DNA of 64,000 nt from Chloroflexota bacterium. GTDB lineage: Bacteria; Chloroflexota; Dehalococcoidia; DSTF01; RBG-16-68-14. Of this stretch, positions 60,900 through 64,000 are shown piece after piece (the stretch's first letter is position 1; each line of letters opens with the position of its first letter). Position numbers and translations under genes: made by a program. The DNA lies in NCBI GenBank assembly GCA_003228685.1, contig QIFC01000116.1, positions 9,800 to 73,799 of the forward strand. Direction: 5' to 3'. The notes under the pieces are model-generated. The model saw only the letters and a list, made by a program, of their open reading frames with translations. It was not told where the DNA came from and did not search any database.

Positions 60900-62984
60900 G
60901 TGACTGCCATGCACGACCATCCCGAAGGCCCCCGTACGCTCTGGACGCAGGTCAGGGACGGGCTGCCCCTGCTGCCCGAGACCGTCACTCGTGGTCTCGA
61001 GCTGGAGCAGGGACACCATCCAACCCTGACGAAATTGCGGGAAGCTCTCGGCTTCGACCTGGACCTCGATGGCGTACAGAACGCCGCTCGCGAGGTGCGG
61101 CTGCCACGCGAGGAGCCGCCAACAGACGAGCTGCTGACGCACTACATCGACTCGATGTATCGCGGCATCGCCTCCTCTAGGCTAGTCCGCGTTGTCGTAT
61201 CTGACGGTGGCCTGGCGGCGATGCGAGCGAAGGGGCCTGTTCACCTCCGCAACGGTGAACGGCTGAGCGTGCTCGTCGTCGTGGACAACCAGACGGAGCG
61301 CGACTTCGACTTCTCGGCGCAACTGGCCGGACAGACTGAGAGCGCCGCGGTCGAGGCCGGGCGCGTCGCATCGGTGCTGGTCCATAGCGGCGAGACGCCG
61401 ATCGGCACGGGCGAGATCGACGTCGAGGTGAAGTGTGACAGCAAGAAGGTAACGCAACAGGTCCCGGTAGAGGTCAGTTCGTCCTGGACGCTCTCCGTGA
61501 AAATGCTGGACGACGAAACGGGCGAGCCGGCCGCCGCGCGCGTCTACCTGAGCGACGATTTGGGACCGGCGTGGCCGGCCGCCGCGAAGGTGCGGCGCGA
61601 CGAACACGACAACGCCTTCTTCCACGCCGATGGACGCTTCGAGGCGACCGTCAGCGGCGATGCGAAGCTGATCATCGCCCGCGGGATGGAGTACGAGCCG
61701 CTGGAGCTGACGGTCCCTGCTGAAAGCGAAGGCCAGTCAGTCCGCCTGCGACGCTGGTCCCACATGTCGCGGCAGGGCTGGTGGAGCGGCGACGTCCACG
61801 TCCATCTCCACTACGGCGGCGAGTACCTGCTCGACCCGGCACACGCTTCGCTGGTCCAGCGCGGCGAAGATGTCAACTTCATGAACATGATGGTCGCCAA
61901 CCAGGGCAGCGGCTTCGTGCACGACGAGGCCTACTTCGAAGGGCGGCCGCACGAGCTGAGCGACGCGGAGCACATCCTGCGTTGGGGCGAGGAGTACAGA
62001 AACGACTTCTATGGCCACCTCTGCATGTACGGCATCACAGCGCTCGTACCGCCCATCTACAGCGGGTTTCGCCTCAGCGAGCACTCGCACGACCTGCCGG
62101 CCAACGCCCTCGCGGCGGACCGCTGCCACGAAGCCGGCGGCACGCTGAGCTATGCGCACCCGCTCTTCGGCACGGGAGACCTCGACCGCGTCTTCACCCA
62201 TCCGCGCACCGTCGAGGCGAAGGAGCTGCCGGTCGACATGGCGCTCGGCAAGGTCGACGCCCTCGACGTGATGTCGTATCCCGGTTCCGACCTGGAGACG
62301 TCGGAACTGTGGTACAAGCTGCTCAACTGCGGATTCCGCGTTCCCGCCACGGCCGGGACCGACACGTTCATGAACTTCGTGGGGACGGGCATCTTCAGCA
62401 ACCCGCCCGCGGGCAACCGCGTCTTCGCGAACGTAGACGGCGCGTTCACGACCGCGTCCTGGTGCCAGGCGATACGCGAAGGACGAACGTTCGTCACCAA
62501 CGGCCCGATGCTCAGCCTCAGCGTCGAAGGCCAGCCGATCGGCGCAAACCTGCAATCCGAGCCCGGCGGTCGCGTGCGAGTCGAAGCTGAGGCGCGTTCG
62601 TTGCGCGTGATCGAGCGCCTCGAGCTAGTCGTGAACGGCGACATCGTCGCCACTGCCGACGCGACAGACGCGGGGCGGCCGGCGCGGATCGAGACCGAAG
62701 TAGCGATAGCCGCGGATAGCTGGATCTCCGCGCGCGCCCTGGGACCGCCGCATCCCCAGGTCTTCGGCGGACCTCTCTTCGGACACACCAGCCCGGTGTA
62801 CGTGAGCGTTGGAGAAGAGAACCCACGAACGCGAGAAGCCGCAGCCTACTTCGTCGAATGGATCGACCGCCTGATCGGCCTCTGCAACGAACAAGGGCGG
62901 TATCCATCGGACACGGAGCGCGACGAGGTCATCAAGCTGTTTCGCGCAGCGCAGGCGCACTACGAGCGAATGGTCTCCGGCTGA
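60900..62984 (+). CDS. putative metal-dependent hydrolase (PHP/CehA-McbA-like core) with a large N-terminal extension
   Basis: WWSGDVHVHLHYGGE resembles the metal-binding start of PHP/CehA-McbA-type hydrolases. 694 aa. The rest is not recognised. Confidence 0.4.
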   Translation: MTAMHDHPEGPRTLWTQVRDGLPLLPETVTRGLELEQGHHPTLTKLREALGFDLDLDGVQNAAREVRLPREEPPTDELLTHYIDSMYRGIASSRLVRVVVSDGGLAAMRAKGPVHLRNGERLSVLVVVDNQTERDFDFSAQLAGQTESAAVEAGRVASVLVHSGETPIGTGEIDVEVKCDSKKVTQQVPVEVSSSWTLSVKMLDDETGEPAAARVYLSDDLGPAWPAAAKVRRDEHDNAFFHADGRFEATVSGDAKLIIARGMEYEPLELTVPAESEGQSVRLRRWSHMSRQGWWSGDVHVHLHYGGEYLLDPAHASLVQRGEDVNFMNMMVANQGSGFVHDEAYFEGRPHELSDAEHILRWGEEYRNDFYGHLCMYGITALVPPIYSGFRLSEHSHDLPANALAADRCHEAGGTLSYAHPLFGTGDLDRVFTHPRTVEAKELPVDMALGKVDALDVMSYPGSDLETSELWYKLLNCGFRVPATAGTDTFMNFVGTGIFSNPPAGNRVFANVDGAFTTASWCQAIREGRTFVTNGPMLSLSVEGQPIGANLQSEPGGRVRVEAEARSLRVIERLELVVNGDIVATADATDAGRPARIETEVAIAADSWISARALGPPHPQVFGGPLFGHTSPVYVSVGEENPRTREAAAYFVEWIDRLIGLCNEQGRYPSDTERDEVIKLFRAAQAHYERMVSG

Positions 62985-62997
62985 GCCGCCTGCGAGG

Positions 62998-63687
62998 CTA
63001 CGTCAGGTACGGGATGTTGACGCCGTTCGCGCCCAGGAAGGCCAGCGTCAGGCCGCGGATGTTCTTGCCGATCAGCACCGCGAGCATGAAGCGCCAGAAG
63101 TTCATTCGCGAGGCGCCGGCCGTGATCCCAGCCAGTTCGAAGGTCGGGTTGGGGATCGCGGAGAGCACCAGCAGCGTGGCAAAGCCGTAGTGGTCCATCA
63201 GCCAGTCGACCCAGTGGATCACGCGCTCCACCAGCCGCCGCACAGGCTTCGGCGCCTTGATGTCTTGATCGACCACCACCTCGGAGCCAACGGTCCCGGC
63301 GGCGTATGCCGTCACCTCGCCCAAGGCCATGCCCGTCCCGCCCAGCAGTCCGACGAGCACCGGGTTGAGAATGGCTCCCTGCTGCAGGATCAGCGCCTGC
63401 CCGATGGCCGTCAGTCCTGGAACCGGGATGAAGACGGTTGCCGTGCTCGCCAAGTTCGCAAGAAACACGCCGGAGTAGCCGAACGTGGCGAAGCGCTCTT
63501 CGCTCACGTCGACCCAGATCGGCAGGAGCAGCATGCCGATGGACAGCCCCATGACCAAACCGCCGACGAGTACCGCCAGCAGAAGCCGCCCTCTGCGGCT
63601 CCGCGGCATCCGGTTCATGACCCGCTGATAGAGAGCGGTCCCCCAGGGCAGCTCCGGGCCGGCCGTCGATTCGGCCTCGTTCTCCAT
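62998..63687 (-). CDS. DedA/YqaA-type (VTT domain) membrane protein
   Basis: Several TM helices. FIPVPG...G motif typical of the family. Confidence 0.55.
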   Translation of the reverse strand: MENEAESTAGPELPWGTALYQRVMNRMPRSRRGRLLLAVLVGGLVMGLSIGMLLLPIWVDVSEERFATFGYSGVFLANLASTATVFIPVPGLTAIGQALILQQGAILNPVLVGLLGGTGMALGEVTAYAAGTVGSEVVVDQDIKAPKPVRRLVERVIHWVDWLMDHYGFATLLVLSAIPNPTFELAGITAGASRMNFWRFMLAVLIGKNIRGLTLAFLGANGVNIPYLT

Positions 63688-63795
63688 GGCGTCAGCTTAT
63701 CGCGGCTGGCGGCGAGCGGGCCAGACGGCGCCACTGCCTTGACGCGCGGGCGTGGCCAAACTACGCTGTGGCCACGCAGCAAAAGGAGTTGACCC

Positions 63796-64000
63796 ATGCT
63801 TACCTACATCGACCGCATCCAACTGGCAGTCCACGATCGCGCGAAGGCCACCGAGACGTTTCGAGACCTGCTCGGCGCGGAGGTCTCCGGCGAAGACGGC
63901 GTCAAGCTGCTCGGGGCCCGCCGTACCGTTGTGCAAGCGGGTATCAGCGAGTTCGAGCTGCTGCAGCCAGACGGCGATGGCCTGGTTCAGCAGCACCTGG
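63796..64000 (+). CDS. VOC (glyoxalase/bleomycin-resistance fold) family protein, 3' end cut by window edge
   Basis: AAAGGAG then ATG at 63796. MLTYIDRIQLAVHDRAKATETFRDLLGAEV is a typical VOC first beta-alpha unit. Open to the end of the window and not in the ORF track. Confidence 0.6.
   Translation, partial: MLTYIDRIQLAVHDRAKATETFRDLLGAEVSGEDGVKLLGARRTVVQAGISEFELLQPDGDGLVQQHL

Noticed and set aside
61737-62590. Overlapping 272-aa (minus) and 269-aa (plus, other frame) ORFs inside the 694-aa hydrolase gene
   Set aside because: Both are Arg/Ala/Pro-rich shadow ORFs. The 60900..62984 frame has normal composition and a metal-binding motif.

Overview
GC-rich bacterial chromosomal segment, annotated by eye from the sequence and the ORF track; no searches or computations were run. 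I recognise about 58 protein genes and no rRNA, tRNA, CRISPR array, transposase or integrase. Many long ORFs in the track are antisense or out-of-frame shadows typical of high-GC DNA. Several starts were re-picked at internal ATG/GTG codons with a Shine-Dalgarno sequence. Backbone genes: fabF, two family-III CoA-transferases, an LLM (F420-type) oxidoreductase, a DUF35/thiolase pair, cysS, pcm, uvrC, a tightly packed S2P protease-HD-tyrA-aroA-remA-gmk-thrB string, and lysC-hom. Accessory content includes three separate DNA-modification loci, all visibly less GC-rich than their flanks: a ~940-aa MmeI-family methyltransferase; an AhdI-type system with divergent C+R and M+S operons; and a C5-methyltransferase + NotI-like endonuclease + Vsr operon. 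Other accessory content: a PadR-ArsM pair, a CopC/CopD copper locus, an ABC-2 exporter, several serine hydrolases, and a cluster encoding two alpha/beta-hydrolase/class-III-cyclase fusions, one with an inserted Ser/Thr kinase domain. The strongest non-coding signal is a ydaO/c-di-AMP-class riboswitch (~37625-37780, + strand). It has its own promoter and sits upstream of a stand-alone receiver-domain gene, which is an unusual regulon member. Other items worth a second look: a full-length CysRS fused to a GT2 glycosyltransferase next to a glutaredoxin-like gene; a Cys-triad PadR translationally coupled to arsM; a three-copy palindromic REP-like element with compensatory stem changes; an in-frame 18-bp tandem repeat inside aroA; and a frameshift-split lipoprotein gene. 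Taxonomy cannot be fixed from this window. F420-type enzymes, remA-gmk, the ydaO leader and a dockerin-like module suggest Chloroflexota or Actinomycetota, which is inference only.
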